Positions 23,747 through 33,622 of a stretch of 33,662 bases of DNA are shown piece by piece. The translations under genes were made by a program, and so were the position numbers. Each line of letters starts with the position of its first letter. Position 1 is the first letter of the stretch. Source of the stretch: an uncultured Saprospiraceae bacterium (GTDB lineage: Bacteria; Bacteroidota; Bacteroidia; Chitinophagales; Saprospiraceae); contig CAYQRA010000001.1 in assembly GCA_964419315.1 (NCBI GenBank), positions 1 to 33,662 on the forward strand. The letters run 5' to 3'. Under the pieces are notes generated by a model that ran no database searches, was not told the origin of the DNA, and saw only the letters and a program-made list of their open reading frames with translations.

Positions 23747-25204
23747 ATGTTGTCGAATCGTTTAATCCAACTTTTATCGGTATTTACCCGCAAAGAAATG
23801 ACCCGTTTCTATGAATTTAGCCATTCTCCTTACCACAATAAGCATGAGGAAGTACAAAAGTTAGTCGCTCATTTTAACCAAATTTACCCTGATTTTTCGG
23901 AAAATAAGGTCAATCGAACGGCCCTTTTCAAGCTTTTGTTTCCAGGGCAAAAGCACGAGCAGCCTAAGTTGGCCTTGATTTTTACTTATTGTCTTCGTTT
24001 GGTAGAGCAATTCTTAATTACAGAGCAGTTTAAGGGAAAGGAGGGAACACATCGGGTATTATTGCTACAGAATTTACGACAAAAAGCGCAGAATCGCCAG
24101 TATGAGAAGGTATTAAAAACCCAAGAAACTTGGTTGGATAAAAATGAATTGCGCGATGGCGAACATTTCAACTGGCGCTTTCAAACGCTTTCGGAGGCGG
24201 ATCAATATTTTTCCCTACAAGCCCGATATGCCAAAGGAGATAGTTTGCAACGCAAACAAGATAGCCTCGATCATTTTTATCTATCCGAAAAACTAAAGGC
24301 AGCTTGTGAAATGGCCGTTCGCCGGCGAGTCACGCACCAAGAGTACGATAATGCTTTGATGGAGGCTTTGCTAAAGGAATTGGAACAAGACTTTGAAAAG
24401 TATTTGGAAGTCCCACCTGTTTTGGTGTATTATCAGTTGCATAAATTGATTCTTTCGGAGGAAAATGAGGATTATCAAAAAGCATTGGTCGTGGTGCGAG
24501 AGCAGGCTCGATTTTTTCCGATCAAGGAATTACAGAATTTGTATAATTATTTACAAAATCACTGTATCCAGCAAATCAATCAAGGAAAACTCGATTTCTT
24601 GGAAGAAATTTTTAAACTCTATAAATTCCAATTGGAAGATCGGCTTTTGTTTCTCAATGGAAATTTACCAGAGTGGAATTATAAAAATATAGTCACCACT
24701 GGTTTGCTTTTGGGCGAACAGGAATGGGTGAAGGATTTTATCGAAAAACACAAAACAGATTTGGTACCAGAAGTAGCCGAAATTGCTTATTCCTATAATC
24801 TCGCCTATTATTTTTACAGCACCAAACAATACGATAAAGTATTGGAACTCCTCTTGCATTTAGAGTACAGCGACATTCGTTATGCGCTCAGCGCCAAATT
24901 ACTTTTGCTCAAAACCTATTTTGATTTAGACGAATACGAAGCGCTTCTTTCCCTGAGTGATTCTTTTCGCCAATACCTACAACGCAAAAAAGAAATCAGC
25001 GATTTTAATCGCCGAGGCTATTACCAACTGTTGAAATTTACGCGAAAGATTTTTCAAATAAAAATGAAGGTGACTTATGCGACAAAGGAGCGCTCTTTGA
25101 AGGATATTGAAAAATTGCGATTGGAAATGGCAGAAGGAAAAGTCCGTTTTAGTCGAGCTTGGTTAGAAGGGAAAGTGGAGGAAGTTTATCAAATGGTAAA
25201 GTGA
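23747..25204 (+). CDS. Hypothetical all-helical (TPR-like) cytoplasmic protein
   Basis: The track ORF is 485 aa with its ATG at 23747. There is no signal peptide or TM segment. The sequence looks helical throughout, with TPR-like hairpin periodicity in the C-terminal half (YSYNLAYYFYSTKQYDKVLELL...). I recognise no catalytic motif. Confidence 0.8.
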   Translation: MLSNRLIQLLSVFTRKEMTRFYEFSHSPYHNKHEEVQKLVAHFNQIYPDFSENKVNRTALFKLLFPGQKHEQPKLALIFTYCLRLVEQFLITEQFKGKEGTHRVLLLQNLRQKAQNRQYEKVLKTQETWLDKNELRDGEHFNWRFQTLSEADQYFSLQARYAKGDSLQRKQDSLDHFYLSEKLKAACEMAVRRRVTHQEYDNALMEALLKELEQDFEKYLEVPPVLVYYQLHKLILSEENEDYQKALVVVREQARFFPIKELQNLYNYLQNHCIQQINQGKLDFLEEIFKLYKFQLEDRLLFLNGNLPEWNYKNIVTTGLLLGEQEWVKDFIEKHKTDLVPEVAEIAYSYNLAYYFYSTKQYDKVLELLLHLEYSDIRYALSAKLLLLKTYFDLDEYEALLSLSDSFRQYLQRKKEISDFNRRGYYQLLKFTRKIFQIKMKVTYATKERSLKDIEKLRLEMAEGKVRFSRAWLEGKVEEVYQMVK

Positions 25205-25273
25205 AAATGAAGTACCAAGAAGCGAGAAAACAGGATATTTATCCAACGTAAAAGAAAGCAATCAAAGCTCTTA

Positions 25274-25759
25274 CTACTTCCCCGGTTTTAATTGATCCAA
25301 AACCTTATACATATCTCCTTTAGAGATGCGACAACCCTGTTCCATCATTTCAAAAAGCTCCATTTCGCGCGTTTTTTTATACGTTTTTTCGGCACGGTAA
25401 ATTTGCAGTTCTGCATTAGAAGTTTGTAGTTGTTGCATCATTTGTTCGGGCGAATCATTGCGGGTAAAATCAATGTCCGATTGACCTTCCACGCGAAGAC
25501 CACGAAGTTTGATTTGGTCAGGGAGGCAGGAAAAAATCTGCAATTCATTGGGAGTTCGATGCTCTAGAAAATTAATCTTTTCCAGCGTTTGTTGAAATAC
25601 GATATCACTAAAAAGTACGATCAGTTTTTCTGCCTTCGGCAAATCCGTCTCTTTCAGTTTTTTCCAATCCTCAGCGGTGACCGTATTGGAAGCCAAAAAA
25701 CGAATGAATTGAGCTTCCAATTCTTGCAATTCTTGAGAGTTCAAACGACGGTATTTCAT
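25274..25759 (-). CDS. Small hypothetical cytoplasmic protein (161 aa)
   Basis: The track ORF has its ATG at 25759..25757. It is a clean ORF that fills the gap between flanking genes. I recognise no motif. Confidence 0.75.
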   Translation of the reverse strand: MKYRRLNSQELQELEAQFIRFLASNTVTAEDWKKLKETDLPKAEKLIVLFSDIVFQQTLEKINFLEHRTPNELQIFSCLPDQIKLRGLRVEGQSDIDFTRNDSPEQMMQQLQTSNAELQIYRAEKTYKKTREMELFEMMEQGCRISKGDMYKVLDQLKPGK

Positions 25760-25861
25760 GTATCTATATTTATTTTTCGAAGAACGATTTATTTTAGCGG
25801 CGTAAATTTAAGTAAAACCTCCATTGCAAGGTATTTGCTTTGGTCTTTTTTTACTGGTTTT

Positions 25862-26545
25862 CTAAAGAAGGTCCAGCAATTGAGAAAGAGACTGAATGGT
25901 ATGAGTCGCTTGGATGGAGGTAGGGGTTTCCAAATTATTGGGATTGTACCAACAAGTATCCAATCCAAAATTTTGACCGCCTTTTATATCTGAGTTGAGG
26001 CTATCGCCAATGACCAAGACTTCGTTTTTGGGGGGCTGGTCAATTTGTTGAAAAGTATAATTGAAAAAAGCCGGATTCGGTTTGGCAAAACCAATTTCAT
26101 CCGATACTATAATGGCATCAAAGTAGTGGCCAATCCCCACTTTGGCAATCCGGGGCCTTTGGACTTCTTTGAGTCCATTGGTGATGATTGCCAAGCGATG
26201 CTTTTTATGGACGGCCTCAAGTAGCGCTTTGGCGCCATCCAAAAGACGAGCATGATCAGTCAAACCTTGCAGGTAGCCCGCATTCATTTTTAGTGGGTCA
26301 CCAGATAAGCCTGTCGCTTCCAGAAAAAGTCGGAAACGTTTAGACCGTAGTTCGATGGCACTGATCTTGCCTTCTTCGAATTCGTGCCATACTTGGGCAT
26401 TTCCTTTTTTATAAATCGCATAAAGCGCTGACTCAAAAGAATGCCCCTCTTGTTCCATCATTTGCGCAAATGCCAAAGGAGAAGTTCCCGTAAAATCCAA
26501 TAAAGTATTGTCGATGTCAAAAAGAAGCCAAGGGTATTTCATCAT
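25862..26545 (-). CDS. yjjG: HAD-superfamily noncanonical pyrimidine nucleotidase, YjjG family
   Basis: The track ORF is 227 aa. HAD motif I is LLFDIDNTLLDF (DxDxT), motif II is IITNG, and motif III/IV is AKPNP ... VIGDSLNSDIKGG. From memory it is collinear with E. coli YjjG (WVDYQNGAITSLQLQHGRF vs WHEFEEGKISAIELRSKRF; GLATCWLN vs GLDTCWYN). Confidence 0.8.
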   Translation of the reverse strand: MMKYPWLLFDIDNTLLDFTGTSPLAFAQMMEQEGHSFESALYAIYKKGNAQVWHEFEEGKISAIELRSKRFRLFLEATGLSGDPLKMNAGYLQGLTDHARLLDGAKALLEAVHKKHRLAIITNGLKEVQRPRIAKVGIGHYFDAIIVSDEIGFAKPNPAFFNYTFQQIDQPPKNEVLVIGDSLNSDIKGGQNFGLDTCWYNPNNLETPTSIQATHTIQSLSQLLDLL

Positions 26546-26585
26546 TTTGTTTTATTGCGAATGTTCGAAATTAGTGTGCAAGCAT

Positions 26586-27608
26586 TTAGACTTCCTTTGC
26601 CAAGAAAATATGCTTAAATCCAGCCCAGCTACCAAAGCCATAGCTGATGTGCAAAACTAAAAAAGCCACTAAACAATGAAAGAATAAAACTGGTTTTTTT
26701 TCTTGCCAACTAATCTGTAAAGCAACCAAAGCAATCCCCAAGCCATAAAAGGCAATAGGAACCAAGAGTAAATAAAAAATCCACGATGGCACCCAATTTA
26801 GATAGGCCATAAAGCCCCAAAGCAAGAGGTCAAGTAAGTAGGCTACAAAACCCATTGGAATAAAATGTCGGAGCGATAAAGCGTCCAGCGTTCCAGTATA
26901 TTTGGCGGCTCTTACGACCCATTCTCCATTGCCAAAATTGTTTTGCCAAAGTTGGCGATAAGTAGCTCGGGCAAAATAAGTGAGGTGGACATCTGGAACC
27001 AAAAGCAATTTTCCACCCTGGCGTTTGATGCGTCGATTGTGTTCGATATCTTGATTGCGAATCAGGCGTTCGTCAAAATAACCAAAGCGTTCGAAAACAT
27101 CTCTTCGGTAACAACCAAAAGGAACGGTATCCGCTTCGCGGGCGCTTGTTATACCCGTTCGAAAAGAAGAATTGCCAACGCCCAAGGGATGGGAGAGTAC
27201 GCTGGCGATGGCTATTGCTGCCGCTCGATTGGTGCGAGGCTGGGTTTTCATGAGTCCTCCAACATTGTCAGCTCCAGACTTTTCCAACCAATCCAATAAT
27301 CGAGAAATATAAAAACTAGGATAAGCGGCATGTGACCCCCAAATATAAATGACAGCACCAGAGGAAGCGCGGATACCGCGATTAAAAGCCTGCGGCGCGA
27401 AACGATCCGGATTGTCGATCAAGCGAACATTAGGTTTTGCAATGGCAATGTTCTCAACAATACTTTTGGTCTGATCTGTACTGTTTCCATCCACCACAAT
27501 AATCTCCATATGATCCATTGGATAATCTTGATCAAAGGCATTTTGTAAGACACCTTCGATGAAAGCTTCTTCGTTATAACAAGGGATGATGATGCTGATT
27601 TTTTTCAA
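26586..27608 (-). CDS. Family 2 glycosyltransferase with C-terminal membrane segments
   Basis: The track ORF is 340 aa. Its start codon is TTG (27608..27606). No in-frame ATG is available before the GT2 signature ISIIIPCYNEEAFIEGVL...EIIVVDGNSTDQT, which begins at residue 4. The C-terminal 100 aa or so are hydrophobic (about 4 TM). Confidence 0.85.
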   Translation of the reverse strand: MKKISIIIPCYNEEAFIEGVLQNAFDQDYPMDHMEIIVVDGNSTDQTKSIVENIAIAKPNVRLIDNPDRFAPQAFNRGIRASSGAVIYIWGSHAAYPSFYISRLLDWLEKSGADNVGGLMKTQPRTNRAAAIAIASVLSHPLGVGNSSFRTGITSAREADTVPFGCYRRDVFERFGYFDERLIRNQDIEHNRRIKRQGGKLLLVPDVHLTYFARATYRQLWQNNFGNGEWVVRAAKYTGTLDALSLRHFIPMGFVAYLLDLLLWGFMAYLNWVPSWIFYLLLVPIAFYGLGIALVALQISWQEKKPVLFFHCLVAFLVLHISYGFGSWAGFKHIFLAKEV

Positions 27609-27664
27609 GGAAGCAGGTTGATGTTTTTTAGTGAGGTAATAAAAATGACTTGGGGTTTACTGAA

Positions 27665-28759
27665 TTAGAGCGCTTGGTAAAGCGCAATTAGTTTTTCTTT
27701 TTCGCTATTCCAATTGTATTTTTCTAAAAATGCTTTTTGACCGTTTTGGCCCATGCTTTTGGCTTCCTCTTCATTTTGCAATAGATAATTGATGGCCTTT
27801 GCAATGGCACTTGGATTTAATGGATCTACACAAATTCCACAATTATTTTGCTCGACAATTTTTTTCCATAAGGGAAAATTCGAGGCAATCATTGGAATGC
27901 CATTGGCCATGTATTCAAACATCTTTACCGCATAGGCGACTTGGTAACTTTCGATTGGATGTAAGGTCACCAAGCCGATTTTTGATTGAGACAATACCTT
28001 TTCTACTTCGCTTTTATCAATATATCCCAAAGCATTGACCTTGTTCCATCCGGCAGATTGGAAAACTTGTTTTTTATAATCCTCTTCCCACCAATGTCCA
28101 GCGAGATTTAGTCGACTGTCTACCGCTTTTAGAGCTTCAACCATTTCTAAAATACCTCTCACCTTGGTCAAGCTGCCTATATAACAAAGTTCATTTTTTC
28201 GCTTAGTCCAGTCTGTTTTTTTTAATACTTTTTGGGGATAATTACAGACCTCTACAGAGTGCTTATTGATTTTGGAAAATCGATTTTGTATATGAGGAGT
28301 AGGAGAGACTACAGCATCTAATTGGCGTACCGTATGGTTTTCCATTCGCTCATAAATTTTGGAAATCATTGGTCGGATAAAACGAGGAATATAACTTTTG
28401 TGTAAGATTTGACGAGGTACATCTTCATGGCTATCATAGATGACTTTCTTTCCAAGTTGTTTTAATTTTTTGCCCACTGGCAATAACTCCGGATCGTGAA
28501 AATGATAAATACTGGCTTCTAGTTTTAGCGCGGCCGCTAAGACTGTTTTTTTAGAAAATAGGAATCGGGGAATACGAGCTTTTGATAGATTGATATTGTG
28601 TAAATTCACCCCTTCTTTTACTCCTGTTTTTTCTGTTTGGTTGGCTATTAATAAATGAACCTCATAACCTGCCTGTGCCAGAGACACACATTCTCTATAG
28701 AAAATCCGATTGTCAAAAGCCGGATGTACGGTGGTGATATGACAAACTTTGATGCTCAT
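27665..28759 (-). CDS. Family 4 (GT-B, GT1-fold) glycosyltransferase
   Basis: The track ORF is 364 aa. Its ATG (28759..28757) overlaps the upstream gene's TGA as ATGA. The N-terminal ITTVHPAFDNRIF and the C-terminal FEYMANGIPMIAS motif are typical of GT4 enzymes. Confidence 0.85.
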   Translation of the reverse strand: MSIKVCHITTVHPAFDNRIFYRECVSLAQAGYEVHLLIANQTEKTGVKEGVNLHNINLSKARIPRFLFSKKTVLAAALKLEASIYHFHDPELLPVGKKLKQLGKKVIYDSHEDVPRQILHKSYIPRFIRPMISKIYERMENHTVRQLDAVVSPTPHIQNRFSKINKHSVEVCNYPQKVLKKTDWTKRKNELCYIGSLTKVRGILEMVEALKAVDSRLNLAGHWWEEDYKKQVFQSAGWNKVNALGYIDKSEVEKVLSQSKIGLVTLHPIESYQVAYAVKMFEYMANGIPMIASNFPLWKKIVEQNNCGICVDPLNPSAIAKAINYLLQNEEEAKSMGQNGQKAFLEKYNWNSEKEKLIALYQAL

Positions 28760-29886
28760 TTGATCGTAGCGTTTGCGGTCTGTTCCGAGTATACTTTTTT
28801 ATAGATTTCAATCATCCGATCCAAACACTTTTCTTTACTGTATTTTTTCAAAACAAATTGCCGTCCGGCTTTGCCCATTTTTTTTCGCAAGGTAGCATTT
28901 AAAACCAATTCTTCTATCTTTTGTAAGCAAAACTCAAGATTATCTGAAGGAATCAAAAATCCAGTTGTTCCCTCCACAACAACCTCGGGTAAGCCCCCTA
29001 CTTTTGTCGCGACCACCGGAATTTCCATCGCGGAAGCTTCCAAAACGGCTACCCCAAAACTTTCTCTTTCCGAGAGGTTGAGTAAAATATCAATCTCTGC
29101 TAAATATTGGGGAACCAAGGAATGCGCAATGGCCCCCGTAAAGGTAAGTTCAGGAAGAATCCCTAGTTTCTTGGCAAGTGTTTCTAATGCGGCCCTTTGC
29201 TCACCATCTCCAAGCAATAAAAACCGCAAAGGAAGATTTGGATGTTTGGCTTTTAGTTGGGCAAAATAGTGCAAACTCCGATGGTGCTGATAAATCGTTT
29301 TAAGCCCTTTTACCGATCCCAAAACTATTTCCTGTTGGGTAAATAAATTCTTTTTAATGGAGGGGTTAAATTTTTGCACATTGATTCCAAAGGGGCTAAG
29401 TAGGACTTTTTTTGTGGTGTATTTACTGGTTTCTTGGGCGAGACTTTCGCTGGTCGCTAAGATATAATCTGAATGTTTTAGGGCATACTTTACAAAGTAG
29501 CGATGCAAAAAACTTTTCTTTGGATGGGCCATGATATCTGAGCCCCAGGCAGAACTGAGGAGTACTTGTTTTCTGGAAAGTTGGGCAGCGACTAATCCGT
29601 GATTTCCTACACCGTGGGCATGTAAAATATTGGGTTTGAAATCTTGAATGATTTTAGCCAATTTGCTTTGGTAAGTGAAGAGGTCAAAATTATTGAGTAG
29701 TCCGAGGAGGGGGATTCTTGGTTGATCTTTGGCGTAGAGTATTTGGATATTGGGATGGGCTTTTGTCCACGGATATTTGTTTTTTCGTAAGCTAAAAATT
29801 CCGATGGTCAATCCGCGTTCTGCAAGTCCAATCGCCCATTGCTGGGTATGAGAAGAATTGGCATCACTGAGTAAAAGGATTTTCAT
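28756..29886 (-). CDS. Family 4 (GT-B) glycosyltransferase
   Basis: The track ORF runs to 30027 (423 aa), but its first 47 residues (MRWQESWRRRYCGW...) look non-genic. The ATG at 29886..29884 gives MKILLLSDANSSHTQQWA..., a typical GT4 N-terminus (376 aa). The C-terminal ESFGVAVLEASAMEIPVVATKVGGLPEVV is the EX7E-type GT4 signature. Confidence 0.85.
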   Translation of the reverse strand: MKILLLSDANSSHTQQWAIGLAERGLTIGIFSLRKNKYPWTKAHPNIQILYAKDQPRIPLLGLLNNFDLFTYQSKLAKIIQDFKPNILHAHGVGNHGLVAAQLSRKQVLLSSAWGSDIMAHPKKSFLHRYFVKYALKHSDYILATSESLAQETSKYTTKKVLLSPFGINVQKFNPSIKKNLFTQQEIVLGSVKGLKTIYQHHRSLHYFAQLKAKHPNLPLRFLLLGDGEQRAALETLAKKLGILPELTFTGAIAHSLVPQYLAEIDILLNLSERESFGVAVLEASAMEIPVVATKVGGLPEVVVEGTTGFLIPSDNLEFCLQKIEELVLNATLRKKMGKAGRQFVLKKYSKEKCLDRMIEIYKKVYSEQTANATIK

Positions 29887-30261
29887 GGCGGATAAGGAAA
29901 GTGGAGATAAAATATTTAAATTGGGAAATAATATATTAATAAAAATGAGGTGTGATTGAGGCATAGCCACCTCTTGGGGTGGGACCCACCCACAGTACCG
30001 CCGCCGCCAGCTTTCCTGCCATCGCAAATTTAGGCATTCGCCTATCTGCCATGTCAGACCAAGTGCTGCAAGGTTGTGGTGTTTTAAATTTTCGATAGCT
30101 CTTTTCGCGAAGGTATACCTTGATTAAATCGATACATAGACGCAAAAGGGACTTGGATTCCATAATTGATGTTTGAGAAAATAGAATTTTGAAAGAAAAC
30201 CGAGTTTTAATTATTTGATTATCAGTTTGTTGTAAAGGTGAAAATAAAATTAAAAAAATCT

Positions 30262-30382
30262 CGTTCTTGGACAAATCTCGTGGTCAACCAAAAATAAGAA
30301 CCAAAAAGCGACTAAAAGGCCTGTGACAAGCTTGCCTAGTTAAGCGTTTGTTCTTCTTTTTGGTTGACTCACACACGAGATT
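30262..30382. repeat. Palindromic intergenic element, copy 1 (long imperfect hairpin; REP/MITE-like)
   Basis: The left arm (30274..30301) pairs with the right arm (30350..30382). A 19-bp segment with one mismatch and a 9-bp segment are separated by a 5-nt bulge (tcaca), around a 48-nt loop. The first 40 nt (30262..30301) recur at 33623..33662 with 39/40 identity. Confidence 0.6.
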
Positions 30383-30489
30383 GAGTTCACTCCGTTTATG
30401 AACCTCCGTTGTCGGTTTGTCAGAGAATCAAAAATCTTAAAATGATCCTTCACCAAAATTAAAGGTACTCATTATTGCTAGATGTCTGC

Positions 30490-31746
30490 TTATTTTTCAA
30501 GAGAAGAAATTTGCCAATAAAATACTAAAACTAAGAATTGGTAAATGGCTGCCCCGACACAAAGGTACATAAAGGCAGTTGTACCATCTAGCTCATTTAT
30601 TCCTGCTAAAATTAGTGCTCCAAGTTTTAAAAATAATCCTAAGATAGCCATAAAAAAAGCTTGTTTCTGTTGGTGGACAACCAGTGGCAATTGACTGACT
30701 GGATTGGCCAAAAAATTGAGGAAGAGCCAAGGGCTTAATATCCGAGCGATCTGACCCGCTTCGCGCCAATTTTCTCCAAATAGAAAAGCAAAAAGATCAG
30801 GAGCAAAAATAAATAGGAAAGCAAAAGCGGGAAGCCCTATCAGAAATAATTTTTGGAGAATAGACTTTAGTAATTCGCGTAAGGCTTTTGGGTCTTGCTG
30901 ATAAAGTTCTGATGCTTTTTGATAAAAAACAGGGGTAATTGCTTTGCCGATTAAACCCAATGGTGCTTTGATGATGCGCAAGGCAAAGGCATAACTGCCA
31001 ACTAAACTTGCGGTAAAAAAATAGGCTAAGAAAAAAATGATCCCTTCATTGAGCAAAAGGTCTACTCCGACATGCGGGGTATTGACTAAGGGAAATGCGC
31101 GATATTCTTTGGCGACGGATTGTAGTTTTTCTTTTTGGATTTCCTTGCGGAAAAAAGGCCATTGGGGCCAGCATTTTTTTAGGAAAAATAAAAACCCAGT
31201 CCCTAGTCGAATCAAAAAACCAAGGATTAATCCAAGGCTTGGCCATAAGGTGGAAAAACCTATTTGGGCGAGTAGCCCGGTTGAGGTTTGAGCGATTTGT
31301 GTTTTGGCGATATAGGCAAATTCTTTTTTTCTAACCAACCAATTTTGCAAACTATTAAAACTACTCAGTAAAAATATGCCCACCGGCAAACCATAAATCA
31401 ACCAACCCAATTTTTCCATTTCCATCCATTGCAATAATGGCCTTTTAAAAACCAATAATAACAATAAACTTAGAACACTGAAAAAGAGGTTTAGGATCAA
31501 GGCAAGTCCCAGAACTTGTAAGCCTCGCTCTGCTTTGGCGGGTAAAACTACCGCTAATTCATAACGCAGGCCCGCCAAACCAACGAACATCATCATCAAA
31601 GAGGTAAATAGCGCCAATTGTCCAAAATCTGCTTCAGTATACAACCTTGCCAAAATCAAAGCGCCCAGAAAGTTGATTCCTTGAGCGAGGCTAGTACCGC
31701 CCATCATTTTTCCAACATTGCGTGCAAATTCTGATTTGACAAACAT
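30490..31746 (-). CDS. Wzx-like polysaccharide/oligosaccharide flippase (MOP superfamily)
   Basis: The track ORF starts at a TTG (31779). The in-frame ATG at 31746 (MFVKSEFARNVGKMMGGTSLAQGINFLGALILARLY...) gives a typical Wzx N-terminus (418 aa). About 12 hydrophobic helices run throughout, and the gene sits in a glycosyltransferase locus. Confidence 0.8.
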   Translation of the reverse strand: MFVKSEFARNVGKMMGGTSLAQGINFLGALILARLYTEADFGQLALFTSLMMMFVGLAGLRYELAVVLPAKAERGLQVLGLALILNLFFSVLSLLLLLVFKRPLLQWMEMEKLGWLIYGLPVGIFLLSSFNSLQNWLVRKKEFAYIAKTQIAQTSTGLLAQIGFSTLWPSLGLILGFLIRLGTGFLFFLKKCWPQWPFFRKEIQKEKLQSVAKEYRAFPLVNTPHVGVDLLLNEGIIFFLAYFFTASLVGSYAFALRIIKAPLGLIGKAITPVFYQKASELYQQDPKALRELLKSILQKLFLIGLPAFAFLFIFAPDLFAFLFGENWREAGQIARILSPWLFLNFLANPVSQLPLVVHQQKQAFFMAILGLFLKLGALILAGINELDGTTAFMYLCVGAAIYQFLVLVFYWQISSLEK

Positions 31747-31869
31747 GGGGTAAAGATAAGGGACTTTATAAGGCTTCAAAATTGTCTAAGTACTAAATGA
31801 ACTTTTAGCACAACTTCAATTATTTAATTTGATTACAAGATTCACAAGTAAGTGCTTATCTTCGACCCG

Positions 31870-33621
31870 ATGGAACAAAATAGGAAAAGGGAAATTTATT
31901 TTTGGTTGATTTTGGGAAGCTTGAATTTCTTGCTTTTTCTTCCTGCTTATATTGCGGATATGGATCGCAGTAGTTTCTTTCCATGGCAAAGTTTTTGGCA
32001 AAACTCCATCTTGCAAATAGGGAAAGATTTGTTCTATAATCGACCCAATTTGGATGTCTTTCGGTGGAGTATCGAATTTTCCCTTTTATTGTTTTTGTCT
32101 AGTTTTTTATTGCCCGAAAAACTTAGGAAAGCAAAGGTTCTCCTAAGTTTCTTTTTTCCCTTTTACTTGCTTTTATTGTTCTATCAGATTTACCATCAAT
32201 CTTTTTATGCGATCTACCAAACGCCTCCATTTTTTTATAATGATTGGGGCTTATTGAAAGTAGGTTGGAAAATATTTCTCCATGATTTTAATGGGCGTTT
32301 TGCGGTGCTACTGCTACTGGCTATTTTGGGATTGATTTTGATTTATTTTGCCTTGCGGTTTTTAGTTCGATTTTTGTCGAAATCTGTTTTTTCTATTGTC
32401 TCAAAAAGCGTGATGCTCTTTTTTTTATTGGAGAGTTTGGTCTTACTTTTTCGCTGGGGATACCAAGCTTGGCCCGAGCATTTTTTACAATTTCATATCG
32501 CCCCCATTATCAAAAATATCAAGGAATCCAAAGAAGCCCATGCCCAGATGAAAGCGATGGATATCCCACGTCTGGTAGCACATCAACCCTATAAGGAGTT
32601 GGAGTTAAAACAATGGCCTAATTTCTTTTTTATTTTTATAGAGTCTTATGGCAGAGTACTTTATGATGAGGAAAGTTTGCGGAAAGATTATCTTGCTTAC
32701 TTACCGGCTATCAATAATTCGCTAGCAGAAAGCGGCTGGTACAGTCGTTCGATTCTAAGTACCGCTCCTGTTTCTGGAGGTGCTAGTTGGGTGTCTTATT
32801 CTACTTTTTTAAATGGCTTTGATTTTCAAAATCGAGGAACTTATTGGGCTTTGCTAAATGATACTTTATTCAATCGGTATCAACATTTTCCACGTTTACT
32901 ACAAACCAAAGGCTATCGAAATTATCGCCTCAGCGCGATCGGTGGTTCAGCGGATATGGAAATTCCTTGGGAGACCTATACGCAGTTTTATGCCGTAGAT
33001 GAATGGATACTCAATGAAGATTTTGATTACAAAGGTTTGCTCTACGGCTGGGGCCCTTCGCCCCCCGATCAGTTTTCTCTGAATTTTGCCAACCAACTCA
33101 TTCGAGAAAAACAAAATGGCGATCCCTTTACGCTGTTTTTTATTACCCAAAATTCTCATAATCCCTTTCTTTGTCCAGAGGAAGTTGCGGAAGATTGGCG
33201 CAGCCTAAATGATGTTACCGTAAACCAATCTCAGGATTCCAGAATCTTTGAAAAACCCAATCTTGAAAGTTACCAAAAGTCCATCCAATATCAATTGGAA
33301 TTTATTGCTGATTTTATTCAAAAAGAGGGAAGGCCAGAGGATATTTTTGTAGTCGTTGGAGATCATCAGCCGCCTTTGTTTCCAAAATCAGGGGCAGGCT
33401 TTGAAACACCTTTGCATATTATTGCTAAGGATTCTTTATTGCTCCAGCAGTTGGAAGAACAAAATTTTAGTTCCGGATTGGAAGTTAAGGATACCTCAAA
33501 GTATATGAAACACGAAGGCTTTTATTCTCTCTTCCTGCATCATTTGACCAAACGTTATGGACAAGATTTGCAAAAACAGCCGACCTATTTACCAAATGGC
33601 TATCCCATTTATAAAAAATAA
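31870..33621 (+). CDS. Membrane-anchored alkaline-phosphatase-superfamily transferase (LtaS / sulfatase-like)
   Basis: The track ORF starts at a GTG (31852). The ATG at 31870 is more likely (583 aa). About 5 N-terminal TM helices precede a soluble domain with FFIFIESYGR (metal-ligand Glu), SGGASWVSYST (candidate Ser/Thr nucleophile region) and VVVGDHQPP (Asp-His metal ligands). This is the layout of LtaS/phosphoglycerol- or phosphoethanolamine-transferase-type enzymes. Confidence 0.75.
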   Translation: MEQNRKREIYFWLILGSLNFLLFLPAYIADMDRSSFFPWQSFWQNSILQIGKDLFYNRPNLDVFRWSIEFSLLLFLSSFLLPEKLRKAKVLLSFFFPFYLLLLFYQIYHQSFYAIYQTPPFFYNDWGLLKVGWKIFLHDFNGRFAVLLLLAILGLILIYFALRFLVRFLSKSVFSIVSKSVMLFFLLESLVLLFRWGYQAWPEHFLQFHIAPIIKNIKESKEAHAQMKAMDIPRLVAHQPYKELELKQWPNFFFIFIESYGRVLYDEESLRKDYLAYLPAINNSLAESGWYSRSILSTAPVSGGASWVSYSTFLNGFDFQNRGTYWALLNDTLFNRYQHFPRLLQTKGYRNYRLSAIGGSADMEIPWETYTQFYAVDEWILNEDFDYKGLLYGWGPSPPDQFSLNFANQLIREKQNGDPFTLFFITQNSHNPFLCPEEVAEDWRSLNDVTVNQSQDSRIFEKPNLESYQKSIQYQLEFIADFIQKEGRPEDIFVVVGDHQPPLFPKSGAGFETPLHIIAKDSLLLQQLEEQNFSSGLEVKDTSKYMKHEGFYSLFLHHLTKRYGQDLQKQPTYLPNGYPIYKK

Positions 33622-33622
33622 A

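Noticed and set aside
29887-30274. 47-residue N-terminal extension of the GT4 ORF (to 30027) and the overlapping 112-aa minus-strand ORF 29936..30274
   Set aside because: The extension (MRWQESWRRRYCGWVPPQ...) has atypical composition and precedes a canonical GT4 start (MKILLLSD...). The 112-aa ORF spans the G+C-rich island and AT-rich spacer and has no recognisable features. Both are better explained as non-coding leader.
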